A DNA stretch of 64,000 bases. It comes from Acidobacteriota bacterium (GTDB lineage: Bacteria; Acidobacteriota; Thermoanaerobaculia; Gp7-AA8). Under the pieces are notes generated by a model. It was not told the DNA's origin. It worked only from the letters and a program-made list of their open reading frames with translations, and made no database searches. The translations under genes were made by a program, and so were the position numbers. Numbering within the stretch: position 1 is the stretch's first letter; each line of letters starts with the position of its first letter. Of the stretch, positions 8,763 to 18,349 are shown piece by piece. The stretch lies in the NCBI GenBank assembly GCA_019244185.1, contig JAFATB010000023.1, positions 320,001-384,000 of the forward strand, in the 5' to 3' direction.

Positions 8763-9917
8763 ATGAAAAACTTCAACCTCGACGCGATTCTCGAGGCGAT
8801 GCTGAAGATCTCGGATCGCGTGTCCGATCTGAACTTCTCCGTCGGCCGGCCGCCGCAGGTCGAAGTCGACGGACAGCTCGCGCCGGTGAACTTCCCCGGC
8901 CTGCCGCGACTCACGCCGTTCCAGACGGAGATCATCGCCATGCACATGCTGCGCGGCGACCGCGAGCTGACGCGCACGCTGATGATGAACGGCAGCGTCG
9001 ACCTGTCGTACTCGATCCCGCAGAAGACGCGCTTCCGCGTGAACATCTTCTCGCAGCGCGGCACGTACGCGATCGTGCTGCGCGTGATCCCCGAGGGCAT
9101 TCCGACGCTCGAGTCGCTGAAGATGCCGCGCGAGCTGTTCAACGTCGGCAAGCTGAAGAACGGCATCGTGCTCGTCACGGGGCCGACCGGCTCCGGCAAG
9201 TCGACGACGCTCGCGGCGATCATCAACCAGATCAACCACGAGCAGGCCGTGCACATCATCACCATCGAGGATCCGGTCGAGTACATGCACCGGCACGTCA
9301 AGTCGACGGTGAACCAGCGCGAGGTCGGCTCCGACACGAAGACCTTCTCGCTCGCGCTGCGCGCCGCGCTGCGTCAGGCACCGAAGGTGATCCTCATCGG
9401 CGAGATGCGCGACGTCGAGACGATCGAGATCGCGATGGAAGCTGCGGAGACGGGACACCTCGTGCTCTCGACGCTGCACACGATCGACGCGGCGAAGACG
9501 ATCGACCGCATCGTGGGCGTCTTTCCGAAAGATCAGGAGCCGCAGGTGCGCACGCGGTTCTCGCAGTCGTTCCGCTACGTCATCTCGCAGCGCCTGCTGC
9601 CGAAAGTCGGCGGCGGACGCGTGGCCGCGCTGGAGATTCTCAAGTCGACGATGCGCACGCGCGACTACGTGCTGAAAGGCGAGACCGAAGGGCGCTCGCT
9701 CACCGACGCGATGCACGACGGCCAGGTCGACGGGATGCAGGCGTTCGACGACGAGATCGAGAAGCTGTGGAACGACGGCGTGATCTCGAAAGAGACCGCC
9801 CTTGCGTACGCGACGAATCCGACGAACCTCGCGCTGCGCATGACCGACGAGCCGACGGGGATTCCCGCCGCGGGTGCGAGCGACGACGGCGACTCGATGC
9901 TGTCGCTGCTGGAGTAG
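8763..9917 (+). CDS. pilT: PilT/PilU family type IV pilus ATPase
   Basis: SDL.F..G.PP, Walker [48 protein letters not shown]. Confidence 0.9.
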   Translation: MKNFNLDAILEAMLKISDRVSDLNFSVGRPPQVEVDGQLAPVNFPGLPRLTPFQTEIIAMHMLRGDRELTRTLMMNGSVDLSYSIPQKTRFRVNIFSQRGTYAIVLRVIPEGIPTLESLKMPRELFNVGKLKNGIVLVTGPTGSGKSTTLAAIINQINHEQAVHIITIEDPVEYMHRHVKSTVNQREVGSDTKTFSLALRAALRQAPKVILIGEMRDVETIEIAMEAAETGHLVLSTLHTIDAAKTIDRIVGVFPKDQEPQVRTRFSQSFRYVISQRLLPKVGGGRVAALEILKSTMRTRDYVLKGETEGRSLTDAMHDGQVDGMQAFDDEIEKLWNDGVISKETALAYATNPTNLALRMTDEPTGIPAAGASDDGDSMLSLLE

Positions 9918-9919
9918 CC

Positions 9920-10543
9920 ATGATCCGCATCACGTGCACGAGCTGTCAGAAACCGCTCTCGCTCGACGAGACCAAGCTGCCGATGCGCGAGGTCTCGTTT
10001 CCGTGTCCGGTCTGCAAGGCGAAGCTGACCGTCGACCGCAGCAAGCTCGAAGGCGCACAGCCGCCGAGCGGCGACGCGCCCGACACGCATGCCTCGCACG
10101 GCGCGCACGACGACGATCACGAGAACGACTTCGGCGCGAAGGCGGTGATCGTCGGCAAGGACGATCCCGCGCTGCGGCAGGCGGCGAAGCTGGTCGGCTT
10201 TCTGCCGATCGTGCACGCCGAGCCGGCGCGCGCGCGCGACTACCTCATGCAGGAGTCGCCGCAGCTGGTGTTCATCCATCCGCCGCAGCTCACGCCGCCG
10301 CCGCTCGACGGCATGGCGCCGGTCATCGCGCTGCCGCCGGTCGATCGCCGCAAGACGTTCCTGGTGCTGGTCGCCGACAACCTGCGCACGCTCGACGGCA
10401 ACGCGGCCTTCCTCTACGGCGTGAACCTCGTCGTGGCGACGAAGGACCTCGGGCAGTTCCCGCAGATCTACCGCGATGCGCACGCGCACCACGAGCGGTT
10501 CTATGCGAGCGTGAACGCGGTGACCCGCGAGAAGTCGGCCTGA
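9920..10543 (+). CDS. Zinc-ribbon domain protein with degenerate receiver-like C-terminal domain
   Basis: CTSC...CPVC at the N-terminus, alpha/beta C-terminal domain, starts 2 nt after the pilT stop. Confidence 0.65.
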   Translation: MIRITCTSCQKPLSLDETKLPMREVSFPCPVCKAKLTVDRSKLEGAQPPSGDAPDTHASHGAHDDDHENDFGAKAVIVGKDDPALRQAAKLVGFLPIVHAEPARARDYLMQESPQLVFIHPPQLTPPPLDGMAPVIALPPVDRRKTFLVLVADNLRTLDGNAAFLYGVNLVVATKDLGQFPQIYRDAHAHHERFYASVNAVTREKSA

Positions 10544-10571
10544 GGCGGGGAGGGGGCGACGGGCTGCCGAG

Positions 10572-11048
10572 TTACTGCGCCTGCAGCCCGTCGGGGTACT
10601 GCACGAACTGCCCGTTCATGAAGATGATGTCGCAGTCGAACTTGTGCGTGCCGCCGCCGGTGACGCTGGCATCGGGAACGCCGTCGCGGCCGTACGAGCG
10701 GATCATGTAGGACGCGCCTTCGGCGTCGACCGCGAACTGCAGGTCGTGGCGCCAGCCGTCGGTGCGGATCATTTCTTTGGAGAACGTCGGCACGAGGATG
10801 TTTTCCATCATTTCGATCGTCATGGGCGTCGTGCAGCAGATCGACAAGCCGGCGCCCGAGTACTTGCCGATGTCGGTCGCCCGCGCTTCCCACGCCGTCG
10901 CCGCGGCACGGATGTCGGCCATCGTGCGCTTCTGACGCGAACGCTGCATCACGGTGATGAGGTTCGGGATGGCGATCGCCGCGAGGATGCCGATGATCGC
11001 GACGACGATCAGCAGTTCGATCAGCGTGAAGCCTCGTGTTCTCTGCAT
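10572..11048 (-). CDS. Type IV pilin (prepilin N-terminal cleavage/methylation domain), paralog 2
   Basis: MQRTRG/FTLIELLIVVAIIGILAAIAIP class III signal peptide. Confidence 0.9.
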   Translation of the reverse strand: MQRTRGFTLIELLIVVAIIGILAAIAIPNLITVMQRSRQKRTMADIRAAATAWEARATDIGKYSGAGLSICCTTPMTIEMMENILVPTFSKEMIRTDGWRHDLQFAVDAEGASYMIRSYGRDGVPDASVTGGGTHKFDCDIIFMNGQFVQYPDGLQAQ

Positions 11049-11068
11049 GCGTGAGCTCCCGTCAAGTA

Positions 11069-11096
11069 CGACGGGCGCTGTCTCCAGCGCCCGTCG
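11069..11096 (-). terminator. Stem-loop between the two pilin genes
   Basis: CGACGGGCGCTG-TCTC-CAGCGCCCGTCG 12-bp stem with only a weak U tract. Confidence 0.55.
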
Positions 11097-11122
11097 CATC
11101 GCAGTTGCTGTTGCGAAGGTCC

Positions 11123-11608
11123 TTACTGGACCTGCACACCTTCCGGATACACGACGAAGCTGCCGTTCGAGAAGACGATGTCGCAGTCGAACTTGGTCGT
11201 CGGACCGGCGGACTCGGAATCGTTCGACTTGTTCTTGCCGTACGACTCGATCGAGTACGACTGACGGTCGGTGCTCACACCGCCCGCGTAGTTCGTACCC
11301 CAGCCGTCCTTCGTCGGGACCTGCTTGATGTAGGTCGGCGAGAGGATGCCCGGCAGGGTGTTGGCGACGTAGTCCGCCCCCGTGCTCGGCCACGTCACGG
11401 TCGCGCCGGCGGCGCCGTACTCGTTGACGTCCGTTGCACGCGCTTCCCACGCGGTGGCGCAGCTGCGCATGTCGGCCATCGTTCTCTTCTGACGCGAACG
11501 CTGCATCGCGGTCAGCAGGTTCGGAATGGCGATCGCTGCGAGAATGCCGATGATCGCGACGACGATCAGCAGCTCGATCAGGGTGAAACCTTTTTGCTTC
11601 CTGGTCAT
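11123..11608 (-). CDS. pilA: Type IV pilin, probable major pilin
   Basis: MTRKQKG/FTLIELLIVVAIIGILAAIAIP, strong RBS AAAGGAGG, sigma54 promoter upstream. Confidence 0.85.
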   Translation of the reverse strand: MTRKQKGFTLIELLIVVAIIGILAAIAIPNLLTAMQRSRQKRTMADMRSCATAWEARATDVNEYGAAGATVTWPSTGADYVANTLPGILSPTYIKQVPTKDGWGTNYAGGVSTDRQSYSIESYGKNKSNDSESAGPTTKFDCDIVFSNGSFVVYPEGVQVQ

Positions 11609-11638
11609 AGAAGCCCTCCTTTGAGGACTTCCACTAAG

Positions 11639-11654
11639 GCAATCGCAACGCCAA
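11639..11654 (-). promoter_or_regulatory. Sigma54 -24/-12 promoter of the pilin genes
   Basis: Minus strand TTGGCGTTGCGATTGC (GG-N10-GC). Confidence 0.7.
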
Positions 11655-11761
11655 GGCGCACCAGAACGCAACCGACTGACCGCGCAGAGTTTACTACCGG
11701 CCGGGGCGGTGCCGGAGGAGCGGTTCTGACACATTTGCGTACGGGTTGGTGACAAATATCG

Positions 11762-13186
11762 TCAGGGCTGCCGCGCCCACGCCCGCACGACCTCGCGCAG
11801 GTAGTCCACGCCCTGCATGAAAAAGTCGAGACGGATGCGCTCGTCGGCGTGATGAATCGCAATCGACTGGAAGTAGTCGATCGGATACGGCGCGATGCCG
11901 TAGCAGAGAATCCCGCGCGGCCGCAGAAAGCGCGCGTCGGTCGCGCTCTTGTACAGCACTTCGACCCCCGCTTCCGTGCGATAGCGCCTGCGTCCTTCCG
12001 ACGCGAGCAGCGCGAAGAACGGCGTGCCGTCGTCCGAGAGCGGCACCATCCCTTCTTTGCGCAGCACGCGATCGAGCCGCGCGCCGAACGGCTGCACGAC
12101 CGACAGCGCCCACGCGATGCGCGCGTCGGGATGTTCGTCCGGCAGATTCACGAGCCGCAGCTCCATGATCCACCGCCCGTTCTCCTGCCGCGGCGCCTCC
12201 ACCCACAGCGTGTTCTGCGTGAGATCGCGATAGCTGATCGGCAACTTCCAGAACGTGCCCTTCGCGATCGCGCCGTCGATGTCGGTGAGGATGCTGCGGT
12301 ATTGCGTGCGCGTCGGCGCGAGTCCGCGGAACATCTTCCGCACCGCGGGCAGCACGCGATAGGCATCGCGCTGCACGACCCACGGCTCGAGCGCGATGCG
12401 CGCGCGTTCGAGCTGCTCGCGCGAATCGGCGGTGACGGTGAATGCCTCGTATTGCTTGCCGCCGACCTCGATGCCGAAGTACGTCATGCGCTCGGAGAGC
12501 ATCTCGGTGATGCCGCCCTCGGTCACCCCGTACGCGATGTTCGCGAAGACGTCGGGACGATGCGCGAGCAGCCACTGCATGCCGAACTCGCTGCCGGTCT
12601 CCTCGTCCGCGGTCGCGAGAAACACGAGATCATGCTCGGGCGGTTCGCCGCTATGCGCAAGCTCGGCGAACGCCCAGAGCTGGCAGAGCGCGAGCGCCTT
12701 CATGTCGATCACGCCGCGGCCGTAGAGCTGATTGAGCTCGATGACGCCGGCGAACGGCGCGTGCGTCCAGCCATCGCCCGGCGGCACGACGTCGATGTGG
12801 TTGAACAAAAGCAGTCCGCCGCCCGGCTTGCGTCCGCGCAGCCGCGCGTAGACGTTGAACCGTCCCGGCGCGGACTCGATGAGCTCCGCGGCGACGCCGC
12901 GCGCGGCGAACTGCGCGACGAGCCAGCGCGCACCCGCGGCCTCGCCCCGCGGCGTCGAGGTGTCGATGCGCACGTAGTCGCGCAGCTGCAGCACTTCGCG
13001 CGTGATCGTCTGCTTCTTCGGCACATACACTTGCTCGTGCGCGATCCGCTCCTCCTCGGCGCGATTCCAGCGGAGGAACGCGACGACGCCGGCGCCCAGG
13101 ATGAGCACGAGCGCCGTCGCCGCGATACGCTCGTTGCGATGCCGCCGGCGTTTGCGCGCGGCGTCCGGCGACTCGTGCGCGTTCAT
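11762..13186 (-). CDS. Membrane-anchored M20/M25/M40 family metallopeptidase
   Basis: Start MNAHESP at 13186 (ATGA overlap). One TM. Metal-ligand motifs NHIDVVP, GRGVIDMK, ADEETG, TEGG, IHHADE. Confidence 0.85.
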   Translation of the reverse strand: MNAHESPDAARKRRRHRNERIAATALVLILGAGVVAFLRWNRAEEERIAHEQVYVPKKQTITREVLQLRDYVRIDTSTPRGEAAGARWLVAQFAARGVAAELIESAPGRFNVYARLRGRKPGGGLLLFNHIDVVPPGDGWTHAPFAGVIELNQLYGRGVIDMKALALCQLWAFAELAHSGEPPEHDLVFLATADEETGSEFGMQWLLAHRPDVFANIAYGVTEGGITEMLSERMTYFGIEVGGKQYEAFTVTADSREQLERARIALEPWVVQRDAYRVLPAVRKMFRGLAPTRTQYRSILTDIDGAIAKGTFWKLPISYRDLTQNTLWVEAPRQENGRWIMELRLVNLPDEHPDARIAWALSVVQPFGARLDRVLRKEGMVPLSDDGTPFFALLASEGRRRYRTEAGVEVLYKSATDARFLRPRGILCYGIAPYPIDYFQSIAIHHADERIRLDFFMQGVDYLREVVRAWARQP

Positions 13187-15549
13187 CGGCGACGCCGGAC
13201 CAATGCCGCGCCGAGGAGCAGGACCGCCGCGGCGATCGAGAGTTTTGCGCCGTTCGCGGCGAGATCGTTGCGGTAGCTCATCGTCACGCGATGCCGCCCC
13301 GCCGGAACCACGACGCCCTGGAAGCCGATGTTCGTCACGATCGACTGCGCGGGCTGCCCGTCGATCGCGACGCGCCAGTACTTGTGGGGCGTGACGCTCA
13401 TGACGAGGAACGCGCGGCCTGCGGCGGTGACGTCGATCGACGCGGTGTTCGCGGTTTCGACGTAGTGCGTAACGGCGCCGTTCGCGGGCACGAAGGAGGG
13501 CCCGGCGACGAACGCCACGCGGTCGGTGTAGCCGCCTTTCACGAGGCGCTGCACGAAGTCCTGGCGGTTGCGGATCGTCACGACCTGGTCGGCGAAGTAG
13601 TAGCGCGGGTTGTGCGCGATCTCGACGAAGTCGACCGCCTGCGCGTTCTTGAGATTGCCGCGCACGCGCTTCTGTTCCGGCTCGAACGGACGATAGACGA
13701 CGCGATACCAGACGTTCGCCATCGCCGTGACCGGACGCCACCAGTCCGTGCGTCCGTTGCGTTTGATGTCCCACACCGAGTCGGTGAAGTCGATCGTCGG
13801 CAGGAGCGCGGTCTTGTCGTAGTCGCGCTCCATCACCATGCGCAGGCCGTGGCCCGCGGGCGTCATCGGATAGAGGCCGTTGCGCACGATCCAATAGACG
13901 GCGTCGCCGCTCGAGAAGTATCTCCGCGCAATCGTGTCCTGGCCGTACCAGTCAGCCTCGTGGAAGATGCGGAACGGCTCGCGGTTGCGCGGCAGCGCGC
14001 GCGATGCGGGCGGCTCTTCGCGGAAGAAGCGCGCCGGCATGCGCGGGTTGAGCTCGTGCACGACCGGGAAGAGATCGGCGACGACGAAGATGCCGAAAAG
14101 AGCGATCCAGAGAGGGCGCCTCACCGCGCGCATCGAGCGCAGCAGCGCGATGAAGAGCGCGCCGCGCACGAAGGCGATGATCCAGCCGGTGCGCGCGAGC
14201 GACGTCATGCGATCGGCGGCGGCGCCTTTGCCGAGTCCCCACGTGTAGGTGAAGAGCTGGCCGAAGTAGTGCGTGAAGCCGGAGAGCGCGAGGATGCCGG
14301 CGACGAGCGTCGTCGCGAGCACGAAGCCGGTCGCCGCGTCGCGCAGCGCGTCGTCGCCGTCGAGCATCCGCTGCAGCACCTGCGAGGCGAGCAGGATCGC
14401 CGCGAAGCAGGCCATCATCGCGAACTTCTCGGGATAGCGGATCGACGTCGCGATGTGCGCGTCGTAGAGCCAGTGCAGCAGCGGCGTATGTCCGCCGAGG
14501 GCGAGGAGGAAGGAGACGGTGCAGACGAGCAGCACGAAGCCGCTGCCGCGCGGGCGGACGAACGCCGCCGCCATCGCCAGTGCCGTCACCGCGAGCCCGC
14601 AGTAGATGCTGAAGAGAAACGGCGAGCCCATGCCGGTGTAGAGGCCGCCGCCCCAGTACCACATCACGCGATCGATGGAGATGTGGCCGAGGAAGTTCGG
14701 GTAGATGAACTCCGCGAACTTCGCCCACGGGAAGCTCCACGCGCTGACGAGCGAGAACTCGAACGCGCGCGAGCGCGCGGACTCCGACGCGTGATCGATG
14801 GCCGGCATCATCTGCGCCGCGCCGACCGCGATCGCACCGAGGGAGATCAGCGCGATGAACGCGACGCGCGCGAACATCTCCGGGATCGCGTGGCGTCGCG
14901 GCAGCTCGGCGTCGCGCGTCGCCTGCCAGCCGCGGTACATCGCGTAGAGGCCGATGAGCAGGCCCGTCTGCACGATCGTCGTCGGCTCCGCGACGAGGAA
15001 CTGCAGGCCGAGAAAGAGCGACGCGAGCGCGAAGTCGCGCAGGCGCGGACGGAGCAGAAAGCGCCGCACGTACAGACACGTGAGCGGCAGCCACGCGGCG
15101 CAGAAGAGGATCGGCAACAGGTTGATGTACGAGAGGTACAGGCCGCCGAGTCCCCACGACAGCGCGCCGAACGCCGCGGGCACCGCGCGCAGTTCCATCG
15201 ACCGCAGCAGCGCGTACATGCCGAGGAGGCCGATGTAGATGTGAATGAGGATGTGCAGGCGGAAGCCGAGGTCGTAGCTCGGGAGAAGAATGAGCCACGT
15301 CAGCGGATAGAAGACCTCGTGCTCGGGATTCGCGGCGAGCGGCTGGCCGGCGGAGAAGTAGCGATTCCAGTACGGGAACTCGCCGTGCTGCACGATCTCG
15401 CGGAGGATTTGTTTGGCGGGGTAGTAGTAGCGCGTGAGATCGCGCATGTAGAAGTTCGCCGTGCCCGCGAGCACGTCGGCGAAAAGAAGAGTGGCCAGCA
15501 GCGCGAGGATCGCGACGGCGATGATGTCGTGGCGGCGGGCGTCGGTCAT
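13183..15549 (-). CDS. YfhO-family GT-C membrane glycosyltransferase
   Basis: RDLTRYYYP, PYWNRYFSAGQPLAANPE..VFYP, many TMs, C-terminal W.VAIDG...GFQGVVVPAGRHRV...Y plus a final TM. Confidence 0.8.
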   Translation of the reverse strand: MTDARRHDIIAVAILALLATLLFADVLAGTANFYMRDLTRYYYPAKQILREIVQHGEFPYWNRYFSAGQPLAANPEHEVFYPLTWLILLPSYDLGFRLHILIHIYIGLLGMYALLRSMELRAVPAAFGALSWGLGGLYLSYINLLPILFCAAWLPLTCLYVRRFLLRPRLRDFALASLFLGLQFLVAEPTTIVQTGLLIGLYAMYRGWQATRDAELPRRHAIPEMFARVAFIALISLGAIAVGAAQMMPAIDHASESARSRAFEFSLVSAWSFPWAKFAEFIYPNFLGHISIDRVMWYWGGGLYTGMGSPFLFSIYCGLAVTALAMAAAFVRPRGSGFVLLVCTVSFLLALGGHTPLLHWLYDAHIATSIRYPEKFAMMACFAAILLASQVLQRMLDGDDALRDAATGFVLATTLVAGILALSGFTHYFGQLFTYTWGLGKGAAADRMTSLARTGWIIAFVRGALFIALLRSMRAVRRPLWIALFGIFVVADLFPVVHELNPRMPARFFREEPPASRALPRNREPFRIFHEADWYGQDTIARRYFSSGDAVYWIVRNGLYPMTPAGHGLRMVMERDYDKTALLPTIDFTDSVWDIKRNGRTDWWRPVTAMANVWYRVVYRPFEPEQKRVRGNLKNAQAVDFVEIAHNPRYYFADQVVTIRNRQDFVQRLVKGGYTDRVAFVAGPSFVPANGAVTHYVETANTASIDVTAAGRAFLVMSVTPHKYWRVAIDGQPAQSIVTNIGFQGVVVPAGRHRVTMSYRNDLAANGAKLSIAAAVLLLGAALVRRRR

Positions 15550-15562
15550 CGCGCGCGGAACG

Positions 15563-16345
15563 CTACCGCACCGCCGCGACGGGAGCCGGCGTGCCGACCC
15601 GGTCGCGGAAGATCGGGTGGCTCCAGAGCCCCTTCTTGTGCAGCTTGTAGTAGATCATCGTCTTGAGGATCGCCAGGCCGTAGCGCGCGCCGCGCCAGAA
15701 GCCGACCTGCGAGGCCTCGTCGAAGTAGCGCGTCTGGATCGGCACCTCGCGGATGCGCATGCCCTTCGCGACGCCCTGCGCGATGATCTCCGTGTCGAAG
15801 ACGAAGTCGTCGGAGTTCGCCTCGAAGTTCACCGACTCGAGGAAGCGCTTCGAGTACGCGCGGAAGCCGGAGTGATACTCGGAGAGGTAGACGTAGAACG
15901 TCGCGTTCTCGACCATCGTCAGGAAGAGATTCGCGAAGTACTTCCACTTCGGCATCCCGCCTTCGATGGGGCGGCCGCCGAGCATGCGCGAGCCGAACAC
16001 CGCGTCCGCCTCGCCGCGCAGCAGCGGCTTCACGAGCTCGGGGATGATCTTCGGATCGTACTGATGGTCGGGGTGGACCATGACCATGATCTCGCCGCCC
16101 AGCTCGTCGATCGACGTGCGATAGCAGGTCTTCTGATTGCCGCCGTAGCCGCGGTTCTTCGCGTGCACGACCGTGCGCAGGCCGAGCTGGCGCGAGAGCT
16201 CGACGGTGCGGTCTTTCGAGCAGTCGTCGACGAGCAGGATCTCGTCGACCCAGTCCTGCGGGATGTCGTGGTACGTCGCCTCGAGCGTGCGCTCGGCGTT
16301 GTACGCCGGGAGGACGGCGATCACTTTCTTCTCGTGGAGAGGCAT
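15563..16345 (-). CDS. Glycosyltransferase family 2 (polyprenol-phosphate glycosyltransferase-like)
   Basis: VLPAYNAE, LVDDCSKDRT, NRGYGGNQK, VHPDHQYDP, VFGSR, SGFRAY, FDTE. Confidence 0.88.
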   Translation of the reverse strand: MPLHEKKVIAVLPAYNAERTLEATYHDIPQDWVDEILLVDDCSKDRTVELSRQLGLRTVVHAKNRGYGGNQKTCYRTSIDELGGEIMVMVHPDHQYDPKIIPELVKPLLRGEADAVFGSRMLGGRPIEGGMPKWKYFANLFLTMVENATFYVYLSEYHSGFRAYSKRFLESVNFEANSDDFVFDTEIIAQGVAKGMRIREVPIQTRYFDEASQVGFWRGARYGLAILKTMIYYKLHKKGLWSHPIFRDRVGTPAPVAAVR

Positions 16346-16347
16346 GG

Positions 16348-17061
16348 TCAGGCTTCTACTTTCTGCATTCTGCTTTCGACGCTCAGCGCCGCGCGGAGGC
16401 GATCGCTCACCGGCACGCCGCTCTCCTCGCAAGCCGCGGCGATCTGCTCGTACGCCTCGCGGCGGCGTCCCTGCCGCAGGAGGTCGAGGATGCCGCGGGC
16501 GAGAATGCCGTCGAAGAAACGCTTGCGATCGACGTCGCTCGGCAGCACCGCTTTCGCGCCGTCGCGCAGCGTGCCGAGAACGTCGTTGACTTCCGAGTAT
16601 TCCGGTCCGACGACGCGGAGGAGATCTTCCTTGAGCGTCCGCGCGATCGCCGGCGACTTGCCGCCGGTGGAGATGGCGATCGTGACTGAGCCGCTTTCGA
16701 CGATGGCCGGCACGATGAACTCGCAGAGCGGCGTGACGTCGACGACGTTCACCGGGATGCGGCGGCGCCGGCAGTCGGCAGCGATCTTCTCGTTGACGTG
16801 CTGGTTGTCGGTCGAGGCGATGACGAGGTTCGCGCCGTCGAGATCGCGCTCGTCGTAATGCTTGCTGCGGATGATGAGCTTTCCTTCGGCCGCCCACTCC
16901 TCGAGCTCGCGCGTGCATTCGGGCGAGACCACCGTGACGCGCGCGCCGTAGCGCAGCATCGTCTCCGCTTTGCGCGTGCAGATCTCTCCGCCGCCGATGA
17001 TGACGACGTCGCGGTCCTCGATGTCGAGGTAGATCGGATAGTACGGATACTGTTTGCTCAC
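16348..17061 (-). CDS. Precorrin-2 dehydrogenase / sirohydrochlorin ferrochelatase (CysG N-terminal/SirC-like)
   Basis: YYPIYLDI, IIGGGEICTRK, VNVVD....CEFIVPA, IAISTGGKSPAIAR. Confidence 0.88.
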   Translation of the reverse strand: MSKQYPYYPIYLDIEDRDVVIIGGGEICTRKAETMLRYGARVTVVSPECTRELEEWAAEGKLIIRSKHYDERDLDGANLVIASTDNQHVNEKIAADCRRRRIPVNVVDVTPLCEFIVPAIVESGSVTIAISTGGKSPAIARTLKEDLLRVVGPEYSEVNDVLGTLRDGAKAVLPSDVDRKRFFDGILARGILDLLRQGRRREAYEQIAAACEESGVPVSDRLRAALSVESRMQKVEA

Positions 17062-17065
17062 GGCA

Positions 17066-18349
17066 TCAGTAGATCGGGAACCGATCGCACAGCTCCTTCA
17101 CGTCGTGTTTCACTTCGGCGATGACGCCCGCGTCGCCTTTCGCGTCGAGCACGCGCGCGATGAGCGTCGCCAGCGTCTGCATGTCCGCCTCGCGCATGCC
17201 GCGCGTGGTGACCGCCGGCGTCCCGATGCGGATGCCCGACGCCACCATCGGCTTGTTCTGATCGAACGGAATCGTGTTCTTGTTGACGGTGATGTTCGCC
17301 GCCTCGAGCATGTTCTGCCCGTCTTTGCCGGTGATGCCCTTCGAGAAGACGTCGGTCATGAAGAGGTGATTGTCGGTGCCGCCGGAGACGATGCGGAAGC
17401 CGGTGTTCGCGACCGCCTGCGCGAGCGTTTTCGCGTTGCGCGCGACCTGTCCCTGATACTCCTTGAACTCCGCCGAGAGCGCTTCCTTCAGCGCGACCGC
17501 CTTCGCCGCGACGATGTGCACGAGCGGACCGCCCTGCACGCCGGGGAAGACCGATCGGTCGAGGTCCTTCGCGTACTTTTCCTTGCACAGCACGAGTCCC
17601 GCGCGCGGGCCGCGCAGCGTCTTGTGCGTGGTCGTGGTGACGAAGTCCGCATACGGAACGGGGGAGGGATGATGGCCCGTCACGACGAGGCCCGCGATGT
17701 GGGCGATGTCCGCCATCATCAGCGCGCCGACGCCGTCCGCGATCTCGCGGATGCGCTTGAAGTCGATGACGCGTGAGTACGCCGACGCGCCGCAGATGAT
17801 CATGCGCGGCTGCGCCTCTTCGGCGATGCGCTGCATCTCGTCGTAGTCGATGAGCTCATCCTCTTTGCGCACGCCGTACGCGACGACCTTGAAATCGCGG
17901 CCGCTGTACGAGAGCGGATGGCCGTGCGTGAGATGGCCGCCGTGCGAGAGGTCCATGCCCATGATCGTGTCGCCCGGCTTGAGCATGGCGAAGTAGACGG
18001 ACATGTTGGCCTGCGAGCCGGAGTGCGGCTGCACGTTCGCGTGCTCGGCGCCGAAGAGCTCTTTCGCGCGCTGGATGGCGATGGTCTCGACGACGTCGGT
18101 CGGTCCGCAGCCGCCGTAGTAGCGCTTGCCCGGATAGCCTTCCGCGTACTTGTTCGTGAACACGGAGCCCATCGCGGTCAGCACCGCTTTCGAGACGTGG
18201 TTCTCCGACGCGATCAATTCGACGGTGTCGTTCTGCCGCCGCGTCTCGGTCTCGATGGCCTGCGCGATCTCCGGATCGACCTCGGCCAGCGGGCGGTGGA
18301 GAAAATCGTGTCCCGTCGCGGCGAGACGCTCGTCATTGAGGATGGTCAT
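17066..18349 (-). CDS. glyA: Serine hydroxymethyltransferase
   Basis: [44 protein letters not shown]. Confidence 0.97.
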   Translation of the reverse strand: MTILNDERLAATGHDFLHRPLAEVDPEIAQAIETETRRQNDTVELIASENHVSKAVLTAMGSVFTNKYAEGYPGKRYYGGCGPTDVVETIAIQRAKELFGAEHANVQPHSGSQANMSVYFAMLKPGDTIMGMDLSHGGHLTHGHPLSYSGRDFKVVAYGVRKEDELIDYDEMQRIAEEAQPRMIICGASAYSRVIDFKRIREIADGVGALMMADIAHIAGLVVTGHHPSPVPYADFVTTTTHKTLRGPRAGLVLCKEKYAKDLDRSVFPGVQGGPLVHIVAAKAVALKEALSAEFKEYQGQVARNAKTLAQAVANTGFRIVSGGTDNHLFMTDVFSKGITGKDGQNMLEAANITVNKNTIPFDQNKPMVASGIRIGTPAVTTRGMREADMQTLATLIARVLDAKGDAGVIAEVKHDVKELCDRFPIY

